From IMG/VR virus record IMGVR_UViG_3300032233_001498, positions 24,400 through 88,399 of that record: a stretch of 64,000 nt of DNA; one strand, 5' to 3'. This DNA comes from a virus. Lineage: Duplodnaviria > Caudoviricetes. The notes beneath the pieces are model-generated. The model was not told the origin of the DNA. It ran no database searches and worked only from the letters and a program-made list of their open reading frames with translations. The position numbers and the translations under genes were made by a program. Positions 1-8,497 of this stretch are shown piece by piece (position 1 is the first letter of the stretch; each line of letters opens with the position of its first letter).

Positions 1-19
1 TGAAATTGCAGGGTTTGAA

Positions 20-601
20 ATGGATAGAGGCAATGTTTGTCACGAAGGTATTGACAAATCGATGTTAAAGAGATATGATGTTGTATTGAGCGGACACTTT
101 CATCACAAATCTACCGATGGGCAGATTACATATGTTGGTACACCGGGTGAAATGACATGGGCAGATTACAATGATGCACGTGGCTTCCATACCTTTGATA
201 CTGAGACACGTGAGTTGGTGTTCATTGAGAACCCATACAAGATGTTTTATAAACTGACATATGATGATAGTACACAAGACTATGAATATTGGAAGGCATA
301 TAATTTTGAACAATACAAGAGTGCATATGTAAAAGTGGTTGTGTTGAATAAACAGAACCCATACCTATTTGATAATGTGATTGACAACTTATATAAGGCA
401 ATGCCTTCTGACATTTCAATCGTTGAAGACTTCACAGAAGTTATTACCGAAGAAGATGCAGAGTTGATTGACCAAGCAGAAGATACAATGACAATTCTAG
501 GTAAGTACATTGATGGTTTACAAATAAGTGTAGAACCGGATAAACTCAAAACTGTAATGCGTGAGTTATATGTTGAAGCATTGAATACTGAAACTGAATG
601 A
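20..601 (+). CDS. gp47: Recombination endonuclease subunit gp47 (Mre11/SbcD-like), 5' part lies before the window
   Basis: Metallophosphoesterase motifs VLSGHFH and YVGTPGEMTWAD; overlaps gp46 start (ATGA). Confidence 0.9.
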   Translation: MDRGNVCHEGIDKSMLKRYDVVLSGHFHHKSTDGQITYVGTPGEMTWADYNDARGFHTFDTETRELVFIENPYKMFYKLTYDDSTQDYEYWKAYNFEQYKSAYVKVVVLNKQNPYLFDNVIDNLYKAMPSDISIVEDFTEVITEEDAELIDQAEDTMTILGKYIDGLQISVEPDKLKTVMRELYVEALNTETE

Positions 602-2310
602 TAATTTTTAGAAAATTAAGATGGAAGAATTTTCTTTCAACCGGTAATTACTATACAGAATTACAATTAGACCAAGAAGCAAATACACTAGTAGTTGGTT
701 CAAACGGGTCAGGTAAGAGCACTATGCTAGATGCATTGTGCTTTTCTTTGTTTGGCAAACCATTTCGTGATATCAACAAACCACAATTGATTAACTCTAT
801 CAATGGTAAAGATTGTATTGTTGAAGTTGAGTTTGATGTAGGCAACAAATCATATAAGATTGTTCGTGCAATTAAACCTAACAGATTTGAAATCTATGTG
901 AATGGTGAACTACTGAACCAAGATGCCGCAGTACGTGACTACCAAGAACACCTTGAGAAGTTTATTCTTAAACTGAATTACAAATCATTTACTCAAATTG
1001 TTATCTTGGGTAGCGCTTCGTTTGTGCCGTTCATGCAATTGAAACCTGGTGACCGCAGAGAAATCATTGAAGACTTACTTGACATTCAAATCTTTAGTGC
1101 CATGAATACGGTACTCAAAGACAAGATGACAAACAACAAGGACTTAATGATTTCTAAGAAGTATGACATTGACTTGAATGAACAGAAACTTGAAATGCAT
1201 AAATTGCATATCAACGAGCAGAAACAAAACAATGATGTGAAAGTAAAACAATATGATGATGAGATACAAAGTAATCAGAGTGTGGTACAAACCATACATG
1301 AAGAAATTGGCCGACTTACACAAACTGTATCGGAACTCTCCGAACAAGTCATTAGCAAGAGTGAAATTGAGACTAAGGTCAAGACGTTTAATAAACTTGA
1401 ATCTCAAATTGAAAGCAACTTATCCAAATTTCGAAAAGATATACGTTTCTTTGACACAAATGATAGTTGTCCAACGTGTAGGCAGGCCATTGCCTTGGAG
1501 TTTAAGGAGACGGAGCTTACCGGTCTCACCAACAAGGTCGAGAAATGTGAACATGGTCTCAGCGAGCTTGAACAAAAACTAATTGTTGAACAAGATAAAC
1601 TGAATGTTATTGCAGATATTCAGAGACAGATTCAAATAAATCAAGTTGAGATTGCAACAAAGAATACCACTATTACCGAAACGAATAAGTATATTTCTAA
1701 GTTGCAAAAAGAAATCAAGACACTAACTGAGAAGAAAGAAAGTTCAGTTACAGAAGAATCACAGTTAACAATTCTAAATGATACGTTGACAACAATGAAG
1801 GCTGACTTGAAGGCATTGATTGATGAGAAGACTTATTATGAAGTTGCCTCAAACTTGTTAAAAGATACAGGTATCAAAACGAAGATTATTCGTCAGTACT
1901 TGCCTATCATTAATAAGTTGGTGAACAAACACTTGGCAACATTGGACTTCTTTGTTAACTTTAACCTTGATGAAAGTTTCAAAGAAACAATTAAGTCCCG
2001 TCACCGTGATGAATTCAGTTACGCATCATTTAGTGAAGGTGAGAAACAACGTATTGACATGGCACTTATGTTGACATGGCGTGCAGTTGCAAAATTAAAG
2101 AACTCAGCAAATACAAACTTGTTGATTTTGGATGAAGTGTTTGATAGTAGTCTCGACACCAATGGTACAGAATACTTGATGAACATTTTACAGATGTTAG
2201 AGAATGTGAATCTTTTTGTTATCTCTCATAAGGGTGATATACTACAAGATAAATTTAGAAGTGTGATTCGTTTTGATAAAGTTAAGAATTTTTCGAGGAT
2301 TGTAAAATGA
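598..2310 (+). CDS. gp46: Recombination ATPase gp46 (Rad50/SbcC-like)
   Basis: Walker A GSNGSGKST, coiled coil with CPTC zinc hook, FSEGEKQRID signature, Walker B LILDE. Confidence 0.96.
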   Translation: MIIFRKLRWKNFLSTGNYYTELQLDQEANTLVVGSNGSGKSTMLDALCFSLFGKPFRDINKPQLINSINGKDCIVEVEFDVGNKSYKIVRAIKPNRFEIYVNGELLNQDAAVRDYQEHLEKFILKLNYKSFTQIVILGSASFVPFMQLKPGDRREIIEDLLDIQIFSAMNTVLKDKMTNNKDLMISKKYDIDLNEQKLEMHKLHINEQKQNNDVKVKQYDDEIQSNQSVVQTIHEEIGRLTQTVSELSEQVISKSEIETKVKTFNKLESQIESNLSKFRKDIRFFDTNDSCPTCRQAIALEFKETELTGLTNKVEKCEHGLSELEQKLIVEQDKLNVIADIQRQIQINQVEIATKNTTITETNKYISKLQKEIKTLTEKKESSVTEESQLTILNDTLTTMKADLKALIDEKTYYEVASNLLKDTGIKTKIIRQYLPIINKLVNKHLATLDFFVNFNLDESFKETIKSRHRDEFSYASFSEGEKQRIDMALMLTWRAVAKLKNSANTNLLILDEVFDSSLDTNGTEYLMNILQMLENVNLFVISHKGDILQDKFRSVIRFDKVKNFSRIVK

Positions 2311-2879
2311 GTGAAGTGTTAACGTTTAATACCGAAAGTGGTATTGTACAAGAGGAAGAGATTCTACCTCTTCAAGTACTAGATGAGAATTTTCCTGGCC
2401 TACGTTCTAGTTTGCCAGAAATTGATGTGACTGCATTACCTAATAATGTAACTACTAATTTGGTCAAGCGATTGAAAATGACCATGAAGTTGTATAATGG
2501 ATTAGGTCTTTCGGCAAGTCAATGCGGCATTATGCAAAGAGTTTTTGTTATCGGTACAGACCAGTTTCAAATTGCCTGTATCAATCCTAAAATTGTTTCA
2601 AGTAAGGCAGAAGTTGCAAAAGACAAAGAAGGTTGCCTCTCTTTTCCAGGTTTATCGCTTATAATAGAAAGACCAAAAAGTATTGATGTTGAGTTCTATA
2701 CCGAAAACGGTGAACTCAAACAGATGACACTTGATGGATTGACTGCAAGATGTTTTCAACATGAACTAGACCACCTGAATGGTATTCGGATGACTGAGCA
2801 TGTTAAACCACTTGCATTACAGATGGCTCGAAAAAGACAAAGCAAATTGATTAAACAATACGTGAAAAGATTAAAATAA
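2307..2879 (+). CDS. def: Peptide deformylase
   Basis: GLGLSASQCG, EGCLSFP and QHELDHLNG motifs. Confidence 0.95.
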   Translation: MSEVLTFNTESGIVQEEEILPLQVLDENFPGLRSSLPEIDVTALPNNVTTNLVKRLKMTMKLYNGLGLSASQCGIMQRVFVIGTDQFQIACINPKIVSSKAEVAKDKEGCLSFPGLSLIIERPKSIDVEFYTENGELKQMTLDGLTARCFQHELDHLNGIRMTEHVKPLALQMARKRQSKLIKQYVKRLK

Positions 2880-4216
2880 TGGCATTCTCATTTGACCCAA
2901 AAGATGACGTAGAAACTCAATGGCTGAAATGGCAAGAAACAAATCCTGCCGATTCATTCATTGATGTTGACGAAGGTAAACTTAAAGAACAGGTTATCTC
3001 CGACTTGTCGTATGTCTCTCAGATGGATGTCAAAGAATATACCTTATATCAAAAGTGGTGTGAGATTCATCAGAAGTATCCAACATTTACCAACAACACA
3101 TTGTTTGGTGAAGAGGTACAACTTTTAGACCCATCACAACAAAAGTTCATTGATGAAATCAAGTCGAACATTTGGATTCCTACCGCACCAGAAGACTATG
3201 TAAATTTGAAACCAATTCTTGTATACACGGATGATTCTGGTTCGATTATGTCAACAGGAATCGATGGCTCAGAAGTTAAGATTGATACGAAACGTAGTAA
3301 CTTACCGGAAGTATGGAACACGATTCGTAATTTCATTTCTACAATGAAGAACAACAGCAACATTGGGCGCAACTTAAACTTCCTTGCAATGGATGAGATT
3401 ACTGGCAAATATATTGGTGTTGTCTGTATAAGTTCCGATTTCCTTGATTTAACTCCACGTGACAACACTATCGGTTGGAAACGTGAATTGAAAACACAAG
3501 GCGGCATGATTAATCATACTGCGATTGGTTCCACAATTGTTCCATTCCAACCACTTGGTTATAACTATGTTGGTGGCAAACTGCTTGCCCTCTTATGTCT
3601 ATCAGACGAGGTTCAACGTTTGTGGAAGAAACAATACGGTGATACATTAGTTGGTGTTACAACAACATCACTCTATGGTAAAACTAAGGCAGGTGGACTA
3701 TCACAGTATGATAACTTAGACCATTGGTTGCCAATGGGTTTTTCAAGTGGTTCTGTATCATTTGAACCTGAACGTGAGACACGTTATCTTATTCGTGAGT
3801 GGTTGAAAAAGAATCACACACGTAGATACTTTGAATGGTATATTGCAAAGAAAGCATCAGGTCAACCACATAAGCGTGACCATAAGAATCGTTCATTGAA
3901 TTTCACTTATTCTAAGTTGAATATTCCTAAAGAAATCATTCGTGCTGAACATCACCGTGGTATTTACTTTAGTCCACTTTACAATAATACCTATGAGTTC
4001 TTACGTGGTGAAATTAAAGAAGACCAATTGGTGAAATCTTTCGACACATCATATGATGCCCTCGTTTCAATTTGGAAAAACAAGTTGGTAAAAGGACGCA
4101 TTAAACAATTGGTGAAGAAAGGTAATGTTTCATATGAAACACTTTTCTATGATGATTTGATTTACCTGTCATGGGAAGAAACTAAGGCAAAGTATCTGTC
4201 ACAAGTCGGCAGATGA
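2879..4216 (+). CDS. DUF4338/DruA-like protein (predicted Mom/GNAT-like fold), paralog 1
   Basis: IVPFQPLGYNYVGGKLLALL...W..QYG...TTTSLYG...SQYD block, shared with 24156..25271; family recognised by eye. Confidence 0.65.
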   Translation: MAFSFDPKDDVETQWLKWQETNPADSFIDVDEGKLKEQVISDLSYVSQMDVKEYTLYQKWCEIHQKYPTFTNNTLFGEEVQLLDPSQQKFIDEIKSNIWIPTAPEDYVNLKPILVYTDDSGSIMSTGIDGSEVKIDTKRSNLPEVWNTIRNFISTMKNNSNIGRNLNFLAMDEITGKYIGVVCISSDFLDLTPRDNTIGWKRELKTQGGMINHTAIGSTIVPFQPLGYNYVGGKLLALLCLSDEVQRLWKKQYGDTLVGVTTTSLYGKTKAGGLSQYDNLDHWLPMGFSSGSVSFEPERETRYLIREWLKKNHTRRYFEWYIAKKASGQPHKRDHKNRSLNFTYSKLNIPKEIIRAEHHRGIYFSPLYNNTYEFLRGEIKEDQLVKSFDTSYDALVSIWKNKLVKGRIKQLVKKGNVSYETLFYDDLIYLSWEETKAKYLSQVGR

Positions 4217-4228
4217 TGAAAATAGTGG

Positions 4229-4258
4229 TTGCTTTTCATATTAGAAAGCCTATATAAT
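4229..4258 (+). promoter_or_regulatory. Sigma70-type promoter for the tRNA-like RNA
   Basis: TTGCTT (4229-4234), 18-bp spacer, TATAAT (4253-4258), 9 nt before the RNA 5' end. Confidence 0.7.
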
Positions 4259-4267
4259 TATATCAAT

Positions 4268-4334
4268 GCGGTTGTTGTAGAACAGTTCAGGTGTCCAACT
4301 TGAACGGTATGTGCGAATCATACAAACCGCTCCA
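4268..4334 (+). tRNA. Atypical tRNA-Gly(TCC)-like RNA with reduced D-arm, probably non-proteinogenic
   Basis: GCGGTT/AACCGC acceptor stem, U73, encoded CCA; T-arm GTATG-TGCGAAT-CATAC; anticodon arm GTTCAGG-TGTCCAA-CTTGAAC; 67 nt. Confidence 0.8.
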
Positions 4335-4349
4335 AATTCACAAGTTAAG

Positions 4350-4382
4350 AGACTGTTGCGTAAAAACAACAGTCTTTTTTTT
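4350..4382 (+). terminator. Intrinsic terminator after the tRNA-like RNA; also contains a TGTTG-N8-CAACA box
   Basis: AGACTGTTG/CAACAGTCT stem followed by a T run. Confidence 0.7.
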
Positions 4383-4385
4383 CGC

Positions 4386-4414
4386 TTGCCTTACCCATTA
4401 CCTTGTGTTATACT
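4386..4414 (+). promoter_or_regulatory. Sigma70-type promoter
   Basis: TTGCCT-N17-TATACT with TG extension. Confidence 0.7.
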
Positions 4415-4439
4415 GGTCTTTTGAGTTGAGGACTATAAC

Positions 4440-4637
4440 ATGATTGATAACGATTATTCCCATACCCTCTTGGAGCAAGAGGAACAACGGTTCCATTTTA
4501 GTACTTTTGATGTACAAGATGCATTCTTGACCTTTTCGGTCAAGAATATACTTGATGAGGTGCGTAAAAATCCTGTTATAAATCAACAGCTTACAGATTA
4601 CCTAAAAACGCTTGACATTGCTGAGGAAGTGTGTTAG
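4440..4637 (+). CDS. Hypothetical protein
   Basis: GAGG RBS, downstream of promoter, fills the gap. Confidence 0.55.
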   Translation: MIDNDYSHTLLEQEEQRFHFSTFDVQDAFLTFSVKNILDEVRKNPVINQQLTDYLKTLDIAEEVC

Positions 4638-4668
4638 GATAGAGGTATAGAAAATAAAAAAGGCAATT

Positions 4669-7020
4669 ATGACTACATTTTCAGTAGAATCTAAGTCTCA
4701 GCTGGCCAAGTTGTTGGCCACAGAAAACTTGAGCATTCAACACCAAAAAATTTCAACAGCACGGTTTGACCCTAAGAACCGTGTTTTATATTGTCCTATT
4801 TGGCAAGATATGTCTGGTGACATGTATGATTTGCTAATGGGTCATGAGGTTGGTCATGCACTTGAAACACCTGCTGAAGGCTGGCATGATGCTGTTACAG
4901 TTGGTAATAAAGGCAAAAACTATAAACACTTTTTGAATGTGGTTGAAGATGCCCGTATCGAAAAGAAAATCAAACGCCGTTATCCAGGTCTCCGTGCTTC
5001 GTTTGTACGTGGTTATAAAAACCTGCTTGACCGTGATTTTTTTGGCATTATTAATAAAGATGTTAATCAATTGCCTTTCGTTGACCGATTGAATCTTTAT
5101 ACAAAAGGTGGTACTCAATTGGGTATCGAATTCAATCAAGAGGAAACTACATTACTTAACCGTGTTGAAAATTGTGAAACATGGCAAGATGTGCTTGATG
5201 TTACCGGTGCAGTATTCGATTATTCAAAAGATGAACAGTTTAATATTCAACAAGAAAGTTTTGCATCATACAAATTCGATTACAATGATAGTGAGTTTGA
5301 TGATGAATTCGAAAATGATGATTATGATTATGATTCTCAGGAATCTAATACCGAAGAGGATGAAAATTCTGATAATGAAGAAGGCAATGGTGATGACGGT
5401 GATGCCCAATCTGTAGATGAGGAACATGATGCTACTCAACAAAAATCTAAAAAATCTGATGGTGAAGCTGATGAATCTAAAGAAAATATTGATTCGGACA
5501 AAAGTTCACAATTGAATCGTTATAAAGATTCTTCTGAATCTAAACGTGACCAGTTTGAACCAACTTGTTCTACTGATGAATCATTTCGTGAAAATGAAAC
5601 TGCTTTACTTGATGCTCAATGTAAAGAATATGTTTATGTTGATATGCCTAAACCTATTCTCAAAAACATTTTGACACCATATAAGCGTGTACATCAATTG
5701 CTCGAAGACCATTATAAAATGTATGATAGAGTTGATGCTAACAAATTATATAATGAATTCAAACAAAAGAATGACCGTTATGTTGGTTTATTGGCAAAAG
5801 AATTTGAAATGAAAAAGGCCGCACGTGCCTATTCTAAAACTAAAACTGCCAATACTGGTGATATTGATATTTCTCGCTTGTACAAATATCAAGTTGATGA
5901 TAATATCTTTCGTAAAATGCAACGTACACCAAAAGGTAAATCACATGGTTTAGTTCTTTTACTTGACCGTTCTGGTTCTATGTCTGATAATATGGCAGGT
6001 TCGTTGGAACAGATTATGGTCTTGGCATTGTTTTGTCGCAAAGTGAATATTCCTTTTGTTGTATATGGTTTTGGTGATTGTGATGAATCTCGCCGTTTGG
6101 ATTTCCCAAATGTAAAACAAGAGAAAACATTCGAAGAAAAAGTTGGTTCGCTTGCAATTAGTAATGTTTATTTACGTGAATACATTAATTCACGCATGGG
6201 CAATGCAGAGTTTACTCGCTGTATGAAAAACTTGTCTGTATTAAAACATTCATATGAGAATCGTTATGCACATTACTTGCGTCCTCAATCTGAACATCTT
6301 TCCAATACACCTTTGATACAAGCCATGATTGCATTGCGTCCACTTGTAAATGATTTCCGCAAAATGAATAATCTTGATTTGGTTAACCTTGTTGTTGTGA
6401 ATGATGGTGATGCCGATAATTGCAATAGTAAAATAGATATTTACCGTTACCCTAATGGCACAGAAACACTTGCAAGGCGAGGTTTCGATAATCGAACACA
6501 AAATGTAATTTTGCGTGATGATGTAAGCAAATTGACAATTACATTACGTTCAGAAGCACCAAATGGTCACTATGATGATGCTGTACGTGCAGGTATTTTT
6601 GATTGGTTCCGTGCTGTAACTGGTGCAAAGATTTTTGGTTTCTTTATTGCTGGCCAAAATCGTTCTTTGCGTCAATCGCTTTGTGCTAAGTATGTTTATT
6701 CTGACGGTACTACCGTGTATGACAAACTAGGTATTCCACGTAATGCACGCCGCTGGAATTTTAATCCACAAGGACATGATATCACTAAAGACCTTGCTAA
6801 GACTTTGGTGAAAAATAAATTTGTACAATCATATAATAATGGTTACAATTCTTTCTTTATTATTCCTGGTGGTGCTGAACTTGCCGTTCAAAATGATGAG
6901 TTGCAAGTTGAAGGTAAAGTTACCGCAAGCAAGTTGAAGACGGCATTTTTGAAAATGTCTAAGGCAAAACAAGTGAACCGAGTACTGGTTTCTAAGTTTA
7001 TTGAAGGCATTGCTGCCTAA
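4669..7020 (+). CDS. VWA-domain protein with N-terminal HExxH metallopeptidase-like domain (CobT-like partner of a MoxR ATPase)
   Basis: HEVGH and VEDARIEK; acidic linker; MIDAS LLDRSGSM. Confidence 0.85.
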   Translation: MTTFSVESKSQLAKLLATENLSIQHQKISTARFDPKNRVLYCPIWQDMSGDMYDLLMGHEVGHALETPAEGWHDAVTVGNKGKNYKHFLNVVEDARIEKKIKRRYPGLRASFVRGYKNLLDRDFFGIINKDVNQLPFVDRLNLYTKGGTQLGIEFNQEETTLLNRVENCETWQDVLDVTGAVFDYSKDEQFNIQQESFASYKFDYNDSEFDDEFENDDYDYDSQESNTEEDENSDNEEGNGDDGDAQSVDEEHDATQQKSKKSDGEADESKENIDSDKSSQLNRYKDSSESKRDQFEPTCSTDESFRENETALLDAQCKEYVYVDMPKPILKNILTPYKRVHQLLEDHYKMYDRVDANKLYNEFKQKNDRYVGLLAKEFEMKKAARAYSKTKTANTGDIDISRLYKYQVDDNIFRKMQRTPKGKSHGLVLLLDRSGSMSDNMAGSLEQIMVLALFCRKVNIPFVVYGFGDCDESRRLDFPNVKQEKTFEEKVGSLAISNVYLREYINSRMGNAEFTRCMKNLSVLKHSYENRYAHYLRPQSEHLSNTPLIQAMIALRPLVNDFRKMNNLDLVNLVVVNDGDADNCNSKIDIYRYPNGTETLARRGFDNRTQNVILRDDVSKLTITLRSEAPNGHYDDAVRAGIFDWFRAVTGAKIFGFFIAGQNRSLRQSLCAKYVYSDGTTVYDKLGIPRNARRWNFNPQGHDITKDLAKTLVKNKFVQSYNNGYNSFFIIPGGAELAVQNDELQVEGKVTASKLKTAFLKMSKAKQVNRVLVSKFIEGIAA

Positions 7021-7044
7021 GTTGTTGTTTTGTAACGGTATTTC

Positions 7045-7097
7045 TGTTGTTTTCCTGCAACAGACTGGTTGCCAAGAGACCAGAATACCGTTATAAT
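7045..7097 (+). promoter_or_regulatory. TGTTG-N8-CAACA box plus sigma70 promoter
   Basis: Box 7045-7062; TTGCCA (7069)-N17-TATAAT (7092). Confidence 0.75.
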
Positions 7098-7127
7098 AGA
7101 TGTATCTAGTGAGAAATGGAGTTTATT

Positions 7128-8339
7128 ATGCGTATTAAAGTTGAAGCACGTGAGAAATTTATCAAGTTGGCAACCGCTACTGGTAAAGATGTACTTACAA
7201 TCCAAGAAATTCGTGACCTTTGCGATATCAATGATATTAAATTGCCGCAATGGTATGTTAAAGATATGTCCTACCGAGCAGGTCGTGGAATGTATAAGGT
7301 GCCGGCTTCTGCTGGTGTTGTGAGTGAACCTGCTGAGACCATCGCTATGGCTCCTGCTCAAGTTATTAAAATGAAAACTGATTACGAAAAAAATATGTCA
7401 GGTAACCGTATTTCAAACGTTACTACTGATTTGGAAACCGAGAATCTGATTCCAAAAGTTTATAAAAACTATGTGCCTTTTGGCAATTATGATGATGTAC
7501 TTTCGATTGTTGCAAGCAAACAATTCTTCCCAATTCTAATTACTGGTCAATCTGGCAATGGTAAAACAATGTCTGTAGAACAGGCATGTGCAAAACTTGG
7601 TCGCAAATTTATTTGTGTATCAATGACACCTGAAACCGATGAAAGTGATTTACTCGGTAACTTTGTGTTGATTAATGGTCAAATGGAATGGCGTGATGGT
7701 CCAGTTACCGTTGCTGCTCGACAAGGTGCTGTTTTGTGTATTGATGAAATCGATTATGGTGCTCAGAATCTTTCCGCATTGCAACGTGTGCTTGAAGGCA
7801 AACCATTTTTGTTGAAAAAGAAAAATGAATTGATTACACCTGCCGAAGGTTTTACAATTGTTGCTACTGCTAATACCAAAGGTAAAGGTAGTGAAGATGG
7901 TCGTTATATGTTTACTAACGTATTGAACGAAGCTTTCTTGGAACGTTTTCTCAATACTATGGAACAGGACTTCCCACCTGTTAAGATTGAACAAAAAATT
8001 ATCAAAAAGGAAATGGCCTCTGCTGGTCGTCCTGATGATGAATTTGCCGAGAAACTTGTTACTTGGGCAGACGTTATTCGTAAAACTTTTGCCGAAGGTG
8101 GTGCTGATGAAATTATCTCCACTCGCCGCCTTGTGCATATTGTGAAAACTTATGGTGTGTTCGGTAACAAAATGAAAGCAATTCAATTGTGTTTGAATCG
8201 TTTCGATGATGATACCAAACTTTCTTTCCTTGACCTGTACACCAAAGTTGATGCAGGTGCGAATACTCAAACAATCATGGCAAGTACCGAACCTGTCGTG
8301 ACTGTTGATGATGCCGCAAGTGAAGAAGTACCGTTTTAA
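7128..8339 (+). CDS. MoxR/CobS-like AAA+ ATPase
   Basis: GQSGNGKT, LCIDEIDY, TANTKG, STRRL; start moved to ATG 7128 after GGAG. Confidence 0.9.
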   Translation: MRIKVEAREKFIKLATATGKDVLTIQEIRDLCDINDIKLPQWYVKDMSYRAGRGMYKVPASAGVVSEPAETIAMAPAQVIKMKTDYEKNMSGNRISNVTTDLETENLIPKVYKNYVPFGNYDDVLSIVASKQFFPILITGQSGNGKTMSVEQACAKLGRKFICVSMTPETDESDLLGNFVLINGQMEWRDGPVTVAARQGAVLCIDEIDYGAQNLSALQRVLEGKPFLLKKKNELITPAEGFTIVATANTKGKGSEDGRYMFTNVLNEAFLERFLNTMEQDFPPVKIEQKIIKKEMASAGRPDDEFAEKLVTWADVIRKTFAEGGADEIISTRRLVHIVKTYGVFGNKMKAIQLCLNRFDDDTKLSFLDLYTKVDAGANTQTIMASTEPVVTVDDAASEEVPF

Positions 8340-8345
8340 TATTAT

Positions 8346-8374
8346 AGTACCCACGGCAACGTTGGGTACTTTTT
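8346..8374 (+). terminator. Intrinsic terminator
   Basis: AGTACCCA/TGGGTACT stem with GCAA loop and T run. Confidence 0.8.
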
Positions 8375-8395
8375 CGTCTTTTGCCTAAAAAACAC

Positions 8396-8424
8396 TTGAC
8401 TATCTGAATTTAGTATGTTATACT
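8396..8424 (+). promoter_or_regulatory. Sigma70-type promoter
   Basis: TTGACT-N17-TATACT with TG extension. Confidence 0.8.
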
Positions 8425-8428
8425 TAAT

Positions 8429-8477
8429 GCATATTTGAGAGACAGGTCACCTCTCGAATGCTTCTTTGACTGTGACC
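8429..8477 (+). ncRNA. Predicted H-type pseudoknot in a 5' UTR
   Basis: Stem TTTGAGAG/CTCTCGAA; loop GGTCAC (8445-8450) complementary to GTGACC (8472-8477). Confidence 0.55.
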
Positions 8478-8497
8478 GTTTTTATTATGGAGACATT

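Noticed and set aside
2879-4216. Druantia anti-phage system
   Set aside because: Only DruA-like similarity; no DruE helicase or other dru genes, and the context is a lytic phage core
4268-4334. tmRNA fragment or ordinary decoding tRNA-Gly
   Set aside because: No G3.U70 alanine determinant or tag ORF; reduced D-arm, G33 and GTGC T-loop argue against normal decoding. A simple pseudo-tRNA is not excluded, but promoter, stems, identity elements and CCA are all intact.
5270-5520. Acidic GAT/GAA-rich tract as a DNA repeat
   Set aside because: Encodes the Asp/Glu linker of the VWA protein; no repeat unit
7650-8354. 234-aa minus-strand ORF, and the other long antisense ORFs such as 55568-56191, 54600-55094 and 60097-60558
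   Set aside because: Shadows of well-supported plus-strand genes; no RBS, promoter or motif
8435-8497. Upstream starts given by the ORF track (also 7116, 13787, 14295, 22124, 42481, 43505)
   Set aside because: They overlap promoters, structured leaders or upstream genes; downstream ATGs have better RBS and family-typical N-termini
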